Of a DNA stretch of 64,000 nt, positions 44,501 to 53,384 are shown in pieces. This stretch comes from Naegleria gruberi (lineage: Eukaryota): the NCBI GenBank assembly GCA_000004985.1, contig GG738872.1; one strand, 5' to 3'. The position numbers were made by a program, and so were the translations under genes. Positions within the stretch are counted from its first letter, which is position 1, and each line of letters starts with the position of its first letter. The notes beneath the pieces are model-generated. The model searched no databases, had not been told where the DNA came from, and saw nothing but the letters and a program-made list of their open reading frames with translations.

Positions 44501-47500
44501 GATGCTACTTGGCAAGAGCACTTTAAGAGAATCCGTTTCAATCTCTTACGTACTTTTGTTGATATTTATGTTGAATTGGTATTCACTCCTTTCGAAGCTT
44601 ACAACAATATTGATGCTATTATTCGTTGTTTATTCAGATTGTATGTTAGTGGTAAAGGTCTTTTGGAATGGACAACCTTCCAATCTGCTAGTAGTATTTA
44701 CAAGACTAATTTGTTCTTGGCCATGTCTAGATTGTTGTGGTTCCCAGTCTTGTTGACTACCTCTATTATTGCTTACATTGTCATTCAACATAATACTGCT
44801 GTTGCTTATAATGAATGGCAAACGTATGGTTTCACTAGAAGACCATTCATGTTGGCCAGTAATCTTATTACCATTATTCTCATGTTTGCCAGTTGGATTC
44901 TTTCACCATTCATTGCCTACTACTTGAGTAAGCCATTGAAGAAGAATCTCTTTGAGAGAGAAAATTTCAATGACCTCACCAAGGATGACAAGGTCTTCTT
45001 GCATGTCTTGTCTCGTAGAACTTGGAGATTCTTTGAAACATTTGTCAGAAAGGAAGATAACTATCTCCCACTCGATAACTACCAAGATTTCCCAAAGCCA
45101 ATGCTTGCTCGTAGAACCAGTCCAACTAATATTGGTCTTGCTTTGCTTGCCAATTTGGGTGGTCACGACTTTGGTTATATTACTAATAATGAATGTGTCA
45201 CTCGTATTCACAATACTTTGTCTACACTTTCCAACATGGATCGTTATAAGGGACATTTCTACAATTGGTATGATACTCAAGATTTAAGACCATTGTGGCC
45301 TAAATACATCAGTGCTGTTGACAGTGGTAACTTGGTTGGTCACTTACTCATTTTGAAGGCAGGTTTGGTTGAATTGAGCGACAACGTTCCAATTATTAAT
45401 ACTGATACTTATGTTTCTGGTTTGAGAGACAACTTGTACAGTATGCAATTCATCCTCAAAGAAGTTGAAAAGACAACCGATACTGACGAAGAAGAACTCG
45501 TTTACTTTGACATTAATGAAATCAAGCCAATGATTGAAGACTTGCACACCAAGTTGGATAACAAACCAACTAAGATTTCCAAATTGATTCGTTGGTACAC
45601 TGAAATTAAGGCCAGTTCCAAGAAATTGGAAGAAAGCTTGAATGAATCCCTCAACAAGCTTATTGAAGCCAGTAAGGATGACAGTCAAGCAGATATTGAA
45701 TGGCTCGCTGAAGACATTGAAGAAAGGTGTGAAAAGCAACTCTTATTCTATTCTCAATCATTCGTTCATCTAGTCTCTGAAATTGCTCAAGAATTGAATG
45801 AATTGGTTCCATTCTCCAAGCATTGGGATTTGCCTGAGGAATTAGTTTCACCTCCAAGCTCATTGGCTGGACTTTTAGAAAATGAAGCTATCACTCAATT
45901 CACTCAACAATTCAACAAGATGAATATTGAACAATTGACTCTCAGAGGTATTCTTGGTGTCAAGGAACAATTAGGTATTTCAAAGGTTAGTAAGGTATTG
46001 GGAAGCCTTAAAGTTACTGGTTCAACCTCTAATTTATCATCTGGACCAAAGGGAGTTGAAGCTTTGAAACGTTGGGTTACAGAATTGGAAGAATCCATTG
46101 TCAATGCTGAAAGTGAAGCCAAGAAGCGTTGTAACAAGTTGAAACGTCTCATCAATACTACTGATGATTTGATCAAGCAAGACTTTAGCTTCTTGTATAA
46201 TCCATCTCGTGATTTGCTTGTCATTGGTTACAATGTTGAATCTGACAGAATTGATCAAGCTCACTACGACATGTTCTGTTCTGAAGCTCGTCTTATCAGT
46301 TACGTTGGTATTGCTTTGGGCTATTTCCCAGTTAAACATTGGTTCTCCATGAGTCGTCTTATTACCACTCAAGGTACTCACCCAGCATTATTGTCATGGT
46401 CTGGTTCTGCCTTTGAATATTTGTTGCCACTCAACGTTATGCCAAATATTCCAGGTACTCTCCTCGATTCTACCTACCATGCTGTCGTCTTACGTCAAAT
46501 TGAATATGGTAAACAAAAGAATATTCCTTGGGGTATGAGTGAAAGTGCTTACAATTTGATGGATGCTAATCTTGTTTATCAATATGGTCCATTTGGTGTT
46601 CCAGGTTTGGGTTTGAAGAGAGGTTTGTCTAATGACTTGGTTGTTGCACCATATGCTACTGTTATGAGTTTGATGGTTCTTCCAAAACAAGCCACCAAGA
46701 ACTTGAGACGTTTGAACGAAATGAATTTCTTGGGTTGTTATGGTATGATTGAATCTGTTGACTTTACTCCTCACAGATTGAGAGGTAATATTGATGCTCA
46801 ACCAATCAAATCTTTCTTTGCTCACCACCAAGGTATGTCATTCCTCAGTTTGTTGTACTGTTTGAAGGCACAACCAATGCAAAGAAGATTTATGGCTGTT
46901 CCAGAATTTGCTGCCAACGTTTTGTTGCTTCAAGAAAAGATTCCAACAGTTCCACACATTTCCAATCCAAATGAAAAGGAAACAGAACGTTGGAAGAATG
47001 TTGGCTACAATCTCCCTTGTGCTAACAGACAATTCCAAGGTTTACACACCTATCCAGAAGTTCACATGCTCAGTAATCACGCCTTGCACGTAATGTTAAC
47101 TGTTAACGGTGGTGGTTACATTAAATATGAAGATATGAGTGTTACCAGATGGAGAGAAGATGCCACTCTTGATGGTTATGGTGTTTTGATTTATTTCAGA
47201 GATATGCAAGATAAGACTGATGTCTGGTCTGCTACATCCACACCAATCAAGGCCTCTAATGATAGTAATTATTCAGTCACTTTCAGTCAAGCTCGTGCTG
47301 AATTTAGAAGAAAACACAAGGGAATGACCACAGAAACAATTGTTACAGTTTCTCCATTGGATAATGTTGAAGTTAGACGTGTTAAATTTACCAATAATAC
47401 TAACAAGACAAAGGAAATTGAATTTACCAGTTATGGTGAAGTTGTTTTGAATCAAGGACGTGCTGATGCTGCTCACAGAGCCTTCTCTAACTTGTTTGTC

Positions 47501-50500
47501 GGTACTGAAATTCTTCATCAACAAAATGCCATCCTCTTCTACAGAAAGCAAAGAGATCCAAAAGACAAGAAGGTCTTTGGTTTCCACATTTTATTCGTTC
47601 ACGAACCAAAGAATATTATTGCCGAATCAACCTTTGAAACTGATAGAAGTAGTTTCTTAGGTAGAGGTTATACCATGCAAAGACCAAAGGCTCTCTCTGA
47701 CGACCTTGGTCCACTCTCAAATACTTCTGGTTTCCCTCTTGATCCAATCTTTGCTATTCGTCAATGTTTGAGAATCAAGCCAGGTAGAACTGTTCACATT
47801 GATTATATTACTGGTGTTGCTTTCTCCAAGGAAGACGCTATCAGTGTTATTAAGAAGTATCAAAGCAAGAAGACAACTAACCACGTTGTTAACTTTGCTT
47901 GGGTTGCCTCTGAAAAGCTTTGCTTCCGTTTGGGTATTACTGAAATTGAAGCTCAATTGTTCTCAAAGTTGGCTGGTTGTATCCTCTATTCTAATCCACG
48001 TTATCGTGCTCCACCTGGTCTTATTACCAAGAATAAGAATAATCAATCTGGTTTGTGGAAGTTTGGTATTTCTGGTGATATTCCACTCATTTTGGTTCGT
48101 GTTTGCGATCTTGAACAATCATTCTTTATGCAACAAGTTCTCCAAGCTCACGCTTATTGTAGATGCAAGGGTGTTAAATTTGATTTGGTTATTTGGAACG
48201 ATGAAACAACTCACTATCGTGACTTGCTCAATCAAACTCTCCATCATATCATGTCCCACATTCCAGGTTCAACTGATTTATTGCATCAACCTGGTGGTAT
48301 TCACCCTGTTAGAGGTGACAGTTTGACCTCATTTGAAACTGTCTTGTTGTACTCTGTTGCTCGTGTCGTTTTATCTGACAATGGTGGTAGCTTAACAGAT
48401 CAAATTAACAGAACTTCCAAGAAGGGATACGTTGTTCCTCCATTCCGTGTTATTACTCAACCTCGTGTCATTAAGGATACAATGAATACAGTTCCAAAGT
48501 TGCATGAAAGAGACCTCATTTTGAGAAACGATGTTGGTGGTTTCGATGCTAAGCGTAAGGAATATGTCATGATGTTGGGCAAGAATCATGTTACTCCAAA
48601 GCCATGGTGTAACGTTTTGGCTAACGATAGATTTGGTTCAGTCATCTCTGAAAAGGGTAGTGCTTACTCATTCTTCACTAATGCTCACGAATACAGATTG
48701 ACTCCATTTAACAATGATGCTGTCCTCGATAACTCTGGTGAAGCATTCTATATTAGAGATGAAAGCACTGGTCAATACTGGTCACCAATGCCTCAACCTG
48801 TACCAATTGATAGAGATGATTACTATTACATTTGTAGACATGGTATTGGTTACAGTACTTGGGAACATTTCCATGATGGTATTCATACTGAAACTACCAC
48901 ATTTGTTCCACAAAATGAACCTGTCAAGATTATCTTGATCCGTGTAACTAACAATAGTGGTTTTGATAGAAACTTGACTGTTACTGGTTTTGTTGAATGG
49001 GTTTTGGGTGAATTGAGAGAATTGAATGCTCCACACATTATTACTGATGTTGAAAGAACTGACAATAGTACAGCTGTTATTGCTAGAAATAACTTCCATA
49101 TTCAATTGTCTCACTTTGTTGGTTTTATGTCCGTTATTGGTCACAAGGAAGGTACAATTACTGGTGATAGAAATGAATTTATTGGAAGTAATGGTACTCT
49201 TGATAGACCTCAAGCTATGAAACAACAATACCTCTCAGGAAATGTTGGTGCTGCTTTCGATCCATGTGCTGCTATTCAAGTTCCAATCACTGTCGAAGAT
49301 GGTAAAGTTGTTGAAGTTGCATTCATGATTGGTGCCAACTATTCTAGAGATGGTGCTAAGGATGTCATTTCTCGTATTCGTAGTAACCTCATTGTTAGAC
49401 AATTATTGAACAGTGTTAAGGCCTTCTGGCACTATAATCTCAACACTATTCAAGTTGAAACTCCAAGCCCTGATTTGGATGTTTTGGCCAACGGTTGGTT
49501 GTTGTACCAAGTTTTGTCTTCTCGTATTTGGGGTAGATCTGGTTTCTATCAATCCAGTGGTGCTTTTGGTTTCAGAGATCAATTGCAAGATACTATGGCT
49601 GTTGCCTCTGTAATGCCTCAAATTTTGAGACAACAAATTCTCACCAATTGTGAACATCAATTTGAAAAAGGTGACGTATGCCATTGGTGGCACGACATTA
49701 CTAACAGTGGTGTCAGAACTACATTCAGTGACGACTACTTGTGGCTTCCACTCGCTGTTGCTCACTATTTGGAAATTACTGAAGATTACAAATTACTCCA
49801 CGAAAGAATTAGATTCTGTAAGCTCAGAGAAATTGAACCAGGTGAAGAATCAGTCTATGACAAGCTTGAATACACTGAAGAAACTGAAAGTATCTATGAA
49901 CATTGTAAGCGTGCATTGAAGTATGGTTTCAAATATGGTGCTCATGGACTTCCTCTTATGGGATGTGGTGACTGGAACGATGGTATGAATCTCGTTGGTA
50001 TTCATGGTAAAGGTGAAAGTGTTTGGTTGGCATTCTTCTTGTTCCACGTTTTGGAGAACTTTGAAAAGAATATCTTGGAAACTGAAATTAAGGATGATGA
50101 ATTCTTAGAAGAATGTAGAAAGAATCGTGAATACATCAAGGCCAACATTGAAGGACAAGCTTGGGATGGAGAATGGTATCGTAGAGCCTACTTTGATAGT
50201 GGTGAGCCTCTTGGTTCTAAGGAAAATTCTGAATGCCAAATTGACAGTTTGCCACAATCATGGGCTATTATCAGTGGTTGTGTTGATAAGAAGAGAGCTA
50301 AAATGGCCCTTACAAATGCCTATCAAAGGTTGGTCAGACATGACTTGAAGCTTATTCAATTGTTCGATCCACCACTCCAACATCAAGAACCATCTGCTGG
50401 TTACATTCAAGGTTATGCTCCTGGTGTCAGAGAAAATGGTGGTCAATATACCCATGCTTCTATTTGGTTTGCTTGGGCTTATTCCATTCTCAAGGATAAC

Positions 50501-50929
50501 AAGAAGGTTTGGGACTTGTTCGACATTTTGAATCCAATCAACCATGCCAAGACTAAGGAAGATGTTTGGAAATACAAGGTTGAACCATACGTTGTCACTG
50601 CTGATATTTACACATTGATGGATCACGAAGGTGAAGGTGGTTGGAGTTGGTTCACTGGTTCTGGTGGTTGGTTCTATAGATTAATCTTGGAAAGACTCAT
50701 TGGTATCAAGAAGCAAGGTAACTCTCTCAAATTCGATCCATGTCCAAAGGAAGATTGGAAGAAGTATAACATTAATTATCAACATGGCAAGACTGCTTAC
50801 CAAATTCAAGTTACAAGATCTGAAGAAAATGTCATGATTGTTGATGGTGTTAAGAGAGCTGATCCAACTCGTATTCCACTTGTTGATGACGGAAAGACTC
50901 ACAAGGTTGAAATTTATTACAAGTATTAA
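41534..50929 (+). CDS. cgs: Cyclic beta-1,2-glucan synthase-like giant enzyme (bacterial Cgs/ChvB/NdvB architecture: GT84 glycosyltransferase, TM region, (alpha/alpha)6 glucanotransferase region, GH94 phosphorylase region), 3131 aa, intronless
   Basis: Signature blocks read by eye, in bacterial order: VVVPTMITS...FGLITDFGDS; GWERKRGKLAEFN; TLDTDTMLPSDAA; GYGLLQPRV; SHDLIEGCFVRSG...EASRRHRWIRGDWQ; RRTSPTNIGLALLA; GHFYNWYDTQDLRPL...VDSGNLVGHL; VTRWREDATLDGYGVLIYFRD; GFRDQLQD; GCGDWNDGMN; NGGQYTHA. The first ATG with sensible context is 41534 (MQPIENMF); the track start at 41342 is a TTG in AT-rich leader. Confidence 0.85.
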   Translation: MQPIENMFSGLLDSSNKQNEDSSNEVTSVDSPSKSKKVSGIRRAASIQVGLSDFELSGTNVPNPESISLTHLSKYAITLAGMHEVVEEKKEFVKLIKRLDETASIITQAHDIIYEAIMQNRRITSSDEWLVDNFWMIKEQIHMTKKHLPLGYEKEMPKLNNTKCAGYPRIYGIIWELINLVNGQVTEENIFQFVKSYQSVKPLTIGECWGIGVMLRLGLLENIRRVADGIISRRQDCNLADAWADRLLTSAEKSSRDVVQILYQLSQSEPIITNAFVLQISQRLQGSDPVLSIVNTWLEQQLSIKGIDIDQIFRMQKQANSSNQVTMSYSINSLRLINNFNWKEFVEKLSHMDVILRKDPSGIYSYQNFHTRDRCRHAIERIAKRFKIDEKQVANKALSLAKENHEVLQSCVLGSPRRTRSGSDAEPPSSPGSSPTALSPRSASNVIRNMNPDQMYDMKLIRRKACITYWLLEDEGIKELHRALGFRMSRLPFSFDLRFPSFITSIIFWTCLFAIAYIFMTKHSYQTQFDRYLPFSGVESLKLYFVYEKYLALVLLYISVLFVGSQLAVSLTNMTFVRLKYPASLPSMDFSTTGIPDEHRSIVVVPTMITSSDGINELLSDLQGRYLINRDKNIVFGLITDFGDSKTETTEKDDALVKQVVDGINELNKMYTRTPEEQRYSKTTFFLFHRKRLYNPVEKVFMGWERKRGKLAEFNTFILHGEKGSFSHIIGDTTNLNTVKHVITLDTDTMLPSDAARGLVEIAAHVLNEPVIDNQTKRVTHGYGLLQPRVSNGFTGSTKSLYAYMHSMDSGLDPYTREVSDVYQDTFGEGSFIGKGLYNVETFETVCGEKFPENRILSHDLIEGCFVRSGLTSGIEVIEDYPSSYGVEASRRHRWIRGDWQIASYAFSPFILTAKGYEKNTLSALHRWKIFDNLRRSLVPAAMTYLIMSTALFTSYHSKLPFVAVLAVLSIYLIPTTINTIIDVVKKPEDATWQEHFKRIRFNLLRTFVDIYVELVFTPFEAYNNIDAIIRCLFRLYVSGKGLLEWTTFQSASSIYKTNLFLAMSRLLWFPVLLTTSIIAYIVIQHNTAVAYNEWQTYGFTRRPFMLASNLITIILMFASWILSPFIAYYLSKPLKKNLFERENFNDLTKDDKVFLHVLSRRTWRFFETFVRKEDNYLPLDNYQDFPKPMLARRTSPTNIGLALLANLGGHDFGYITNNECVTRIHNTLSTLSNMDRYKGHFYNWYDTQDLRPLWPKYISAVDSGNLVGHLLILKAGLVELSDNVPIINTDTYVSGLRDNLYSMQFILKEVEKTTDTDEEELVYFDINEIKPMIEDLHTKLDNKPTKISKLIRWYTEIKASSKKLEESLNESLNKLIEASKDDSQADIEWLAEDIEERCEKQLLFYSQSFVHLVSEIAQELNELVPFSKHWDLPEELVSPPSSLAGLLENEAITQFTQQFNKMNIEQLTLRGILGVKEQLGISKVSKVLGSLKVTGSTSNLSSGPKGVEALKRWVTELEESIVNAESEAKKRCNKLKRLINTTDDLIKQDFSFLYNPSRDLLVIGYNVESDRIDQAHYDMFCSEARLISYVGIALGYFPVKHWFSMSRLITTQGTHPALLSWSGSAFEYLLPLNVMPNIPGTLLDSTYHAVVLRQIEYGKQKNIPWGMSESAYNLMDANLVYQYGPFGVPGLGLKRGLSNDLVVAPYATVMSLMVLPKQATKNLRRLNEMNFLGCYGMIESVDFTPHRLRGNIDAQPIKSFFAHHQGMSFLSLLYCLKAQPMQRRFMAVPEFAANVLLLQEKIPTVPHISNPNEKETERWKNVGYNLPCANRQFQGLHTYPEVHMLSNHALHVMLTVNGGGYIKYEDMSVTRWREDATLDGYGVLIYFRDMQDKTDVWSATSTPIKASNDSNYSVTFSQARAEFRRKHKGMTTETIVTVSPLDNVEVRRVKFTNNTNKTKEIEFTSYGEVVLNQGRADAAHRAFSNLFVGTEILHQQNAILFYRKQRDPKDKKVFGFHILFVHEPKNIIAESTFETDRSSFLGRGYTMQRPKALSDDLGPLSNTSGFPLDPIFAIRQCLRIKPGRTVHIDYITGVAFSKEDAISVIKKYQSKKTTNHVVNFAWVASEKLCFRLGITEIEAQLFSKLAGCILYSNPRYRAPPGLITKNKNNQSGLWKFGISGDIPLILVRVCDLEQSFFMQQVLQAHAYCRCKGVKFDLVIWNDETTHYRDLLNQTLHHIMSHIPGSTDLLHQPGGIHPVRGDSLTSFETVLLYSVARVVLSDNGGSLTDQINRTSKKGYVVPPFRVITQPRVIKDTMNTVPKLHERDLILRNDVGGFDAKRKEYVMMLGKNHVTPKPWCNVLANDRFGSVISEKGSAYSFFTNAHEYRLTPFNNDAVLDNSGEAFYIRDESTGQYWSPMPQPVPIDRDDYYYICRHGIGYSTWEHFHDGIHTETTTFVPQNEPVKIILIRVTNNSGFDRNLTVTGFVEWVLGELRELNAPHIITDVERTDNSTAVIARNNFHIQLSHFVGFMSVIGHKEGTITGDRNEFIGSNGTLDRPQAMKQQYLSGNVGAAFDPCAAIQVPITVEDGKVVEVAFMIGANYSRDGAKDVISRIRSNLIVRQLLNSVKAFWHYNLNTIQVETPSPDLDVLANGWLLYQVLSSRIWGRSGFYQSSGAFGFRDQLQDTMAVASVMPQILRQQILTNCEHQFEKGDVCHWWHDITNSGVRTTFSDDYLWLPLAVAHYLEITEDYKLLHERIRFCKLREIEPGEESVYDKLEYTEETESIYEHCKRALKYGFKYGAHGLPLMGCGDWNDGMNLVGIHGKGESVWLAFFLFHVLENFEKNILETEIKDDEFLEECRKNREYIKANIEGQAWDGEWYRRAYFDSGEPLGSKENSECQIDSLPQSWAIISGCVDKKRAKMALTNAYQRLVRHDLKLIQLFDPPLQHQEPSAGYIQGYAPGVRENGGQYTHASIWFAWAYSILKDNKKVWDLFDILNPINHAKTKEDVWKYKVEPYVVTADIYTLMDHEGEGGWSWFTGSGGWFYRLILERLIGIKKQGNSLKFDPCPKEDWKKYNINYQHGKTAYQIQVTRSEENVMIVDGVKRADPTRIPLVDDGKTHKVEIYYKY

Positions 50930-51084
50930 TTAATAAAGTTAAAATAAATTAATTTTAAATCTCTACCAACTTATTAGTTATCCTGATGTCTTTAATTTTA
51001 ACATTTACAGACATAGATGAATCAGATAAGGAATACCACAAGTTAGAATTAGCAAAATAGATTTTATACAATAATATTAATAAA

Positions 51085-52003
51085 TTAATCATCAGCAATA
51101 TAAACTTTCTTTCTGGAAAATATTTTGATGGCTTCGTCAATTTCTTGTAATTTCCTTTCCATATTATTTTTCTTTTGTTGTAAGAATTGAGTATCACACA
51201 ACATTGGAAGCTTATTGATGGCACCCTGCACTTCTCTCTTACTCTTCTCGAGTTCAGTAAGAGTTTCAAGTCTATCTTCTTCAGAAACTAATCTCATTCC
51301 AGGAGGACATTCATCCTTCTTCTTTTGTTCTTCCTTTTCTTTTTGTTCCTTTTCATGTTTGATTGCTTTTCTATCTTTAATGCTATGAATATTTAGCAAA
51401 GAAATTTCAAGATTTAAAAACTTACTATTGAGGCACTCTTCCAAAATCTTCTGGCTTTTCAAAGTCTTCCTTTACAGCTTTCGATGCCACTTTGGCTTCT
51501 CCCTTTTTAGCGATTGATTTCAAATCCTTGGTTGCGTTTTGTACAATATAATTTTTAGAGTCTCTATGTGTGACTGGTTCATTAAATTCCTCCTTCTTAG
51601 GAATTGGTGGTTTCTTCTCGTTGGCTAACATTTCCTTCTCCTTCTTTACTTCAAATGCAATTTCCTTCTTTTTAATATTTTGTTCGGTTATTCTCTCCCT
51701 ATTTGCACCTGATTTCAAATAATTTTCATTCACTGGATTCTCGGGAGTGTAATCTTGTGCTTTAATATCCTTCACCTTTGATTCAACCTCCTTGTATTTT
51801 TGTAGTTTAAATTCTTCCTTCTTGATAGCATCCTTTTCCTTCTTTAATTTATTTTCGTGTTCCTTTTCTTTAAGCGCTTTAAGATTTTGATGCATATGAT
51901 TTTTAGGTATGATACCTTGCTTTTCCTGTACTCCTCTGTATCCGTTCACAGGATGAAGAAAATTTGAAATTTGACTTGAATCCGAATGATGGTGTTTGAT
52001 CAT
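51085..52003 (-). CDS. ENKUR: Enkurin (flagellar/ciliary enkurin-domain protein), 291 aa, 2 exons
   Basis: Exons are 52003..51426 and 51382..51085, with a 43-nt intron (gtaagt...atag). The junction gives EDFGRVPQ|YIKDRK (enkurin GkvPkYL motif). The C-terminal enkurin domain reads PPGMRLVSEEDRLETLTELEKSKREVQGAINKLPMLCDTQ...ERKLQEIDEAIKIFSRKKVYI. Confidence 0.85.
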
Positions 52004-52236
52004 TTTTTTTTATAGTATGGTGGAAATGAATTGTAATTTTGGCGCCAAATGTTAGTTTGTAGTTATTCTTGGCGGGAAATTCTACTTCTCTTTCAGAAAA
52101 GGATATTAATATTCTAATCCTAGAAAATATGAGATTGAGATTGAAAATTATTAAATAATAGTCTGTGATTGATTCTTGTCTGTTCTTTGCAGTACTTTAT
52201 CTATCTCTTTCAAGAGAGATAGAAAACAAAATTGTT

Positions 52237-52800
52237 CTACTGTCTCTTTTTGCCAGTCATGAGGAATTGAGTAATAAATCTTACCAAGGAAAGAAATGAG
52301 TTTTCCTTATTGGATCTAATTGAATTTTTTGCTAATTTATCACCAATTCCTAAAATTGAGGTCGAGAGAGGTATTATGAGTCCAATATGTAGTAAGACAG
52401 TAACTAGATGAAGAAAGTTGTTGAAATGAAAAACTCTCTTCATCAAGGTACCAGCACTCGAAGAAATATCCCAAGCATGGTTTGGATTGACCAGAGTTCT
52501 ATTCGGATGCATGTTTTGTTCCAATAATACGACCCACTGTTCTTCATCCTTTTCATTCATTTCGGAATTAGATGGCTTTTGCCTCTTTTTTAATTCATTC
52601 ACATAATAATAGGGAGGGCCTCCCAAATGATCATATCGGAGTGAATGATAAGCTAATTGTTGAAGAGGATCAACCAAGTCAATATCCTTGTTATAATTCG
52701 GAGGAACATATCGTTCACCCAAACTACTTCCACCTCCAAATTCCCTCCTCAAATCCCAATACATCTCCTCCAATTTATTATTGGATTTCCTTTGCATCAT
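52237..52800 (-). CDS. Hypothetical protein, about 187 aa; the 3' exon structure is uncertain
   Basis: ORF with its first ATG at 52800 (MMQRKSNNK...); no motif was recognised. A possible gtaaga donor near the 3' end (after ...FLSL) means the C-terminus may differ. Confidence 0.4.
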   Translation of the reverse strand: MMQRKSNNKLEEMYWDLRREFGGGSSLGERYVPPNYNKDIDLVDPLQQLAYHSLRYDHLGGPPYYYVNELKKRQKPSNSEMNEKDEEQWVVLLEQNMHPNRTLVNPNHAWDISSSAGTLMKRVFHFNNFLHLVTVLLHIGLIIPLSTSILGIGDKLAKNSIRSNKENSFLSLVRFITQFLMTGKKRQ

Positions 52801-53384
52801 TTTCAAATTAATAATTAATTTTGACTGGTACTGATGACAATCCAAAATATTAAATAGTATTTTCTACCTCCGAAAAATAGTTCATTCACCTTCTGTATAT
52901 TATTATCAGACTACCATCAACAATCCAAGAAGCGACAACTTTGTTTGTGGGAAGAAATTGGACTCTTTGTGAACGTTATTTTTTTCGCTGTGTGCGTAAC
53001 GATTTGGTTTTCGCGGGCAATTTGTTACGAATTGTTACCAAAAGTACAAGTAAAATTCTCTCCAAAAAAAACTTTCTCTCTTTCACCCACTACGGCAGTT
53101 AAGAGCTCTTCAAATACAACAACAATAGCAAGAGAACATTATTTTTGACTGGTCCACTTTAAAACCTGTGTACAAACAACAAGGAACAGTGTGCTGCATC
53201 AAGGTCGCATCAGAAAAACTTGTTTTACTAGGCGAAAGGTTTTGAAATTTACAGTCATTATCATCAAGTACCGGTAATAAGGTCGAAAATTGCTCTCATC
53301 AACATCATCATCATCTATTTATTGGACAATTTGTAGATAATCCATCATTAATTTGATTGGATATGAATATAATATAATACAACA

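Noticed and set aside
43228-49228. Many 60-175-aa antisense or off-frame ORFs inside the glucan synthase gene. Similar ones lie inside NUP210, the permease, the histidine kinase and others (e.g. 47799-48326, 48782-49228, 24176-24574, 12574-12945).
   Set aside because: They fall entirely within long, motif-supported CDSs. Their translations are low-complexity. They are the usual by-product of biased codon usage in AT-rich genomes.
41534-50929. Possibility that the bacterial-type synthase is bacterial contamination or a prokaryotic operon fragment
   Set aside because: It is contiguous (no N gap between 10808 and 64000) with spliced eukaryotic genes on both sides. It has AT-rich eukaryotic flanks with no Shine-Dalgarno or operon context, and its codon usage is like NUP210. 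It is therefore kept as a finding of horizontal origin rather than contamination.
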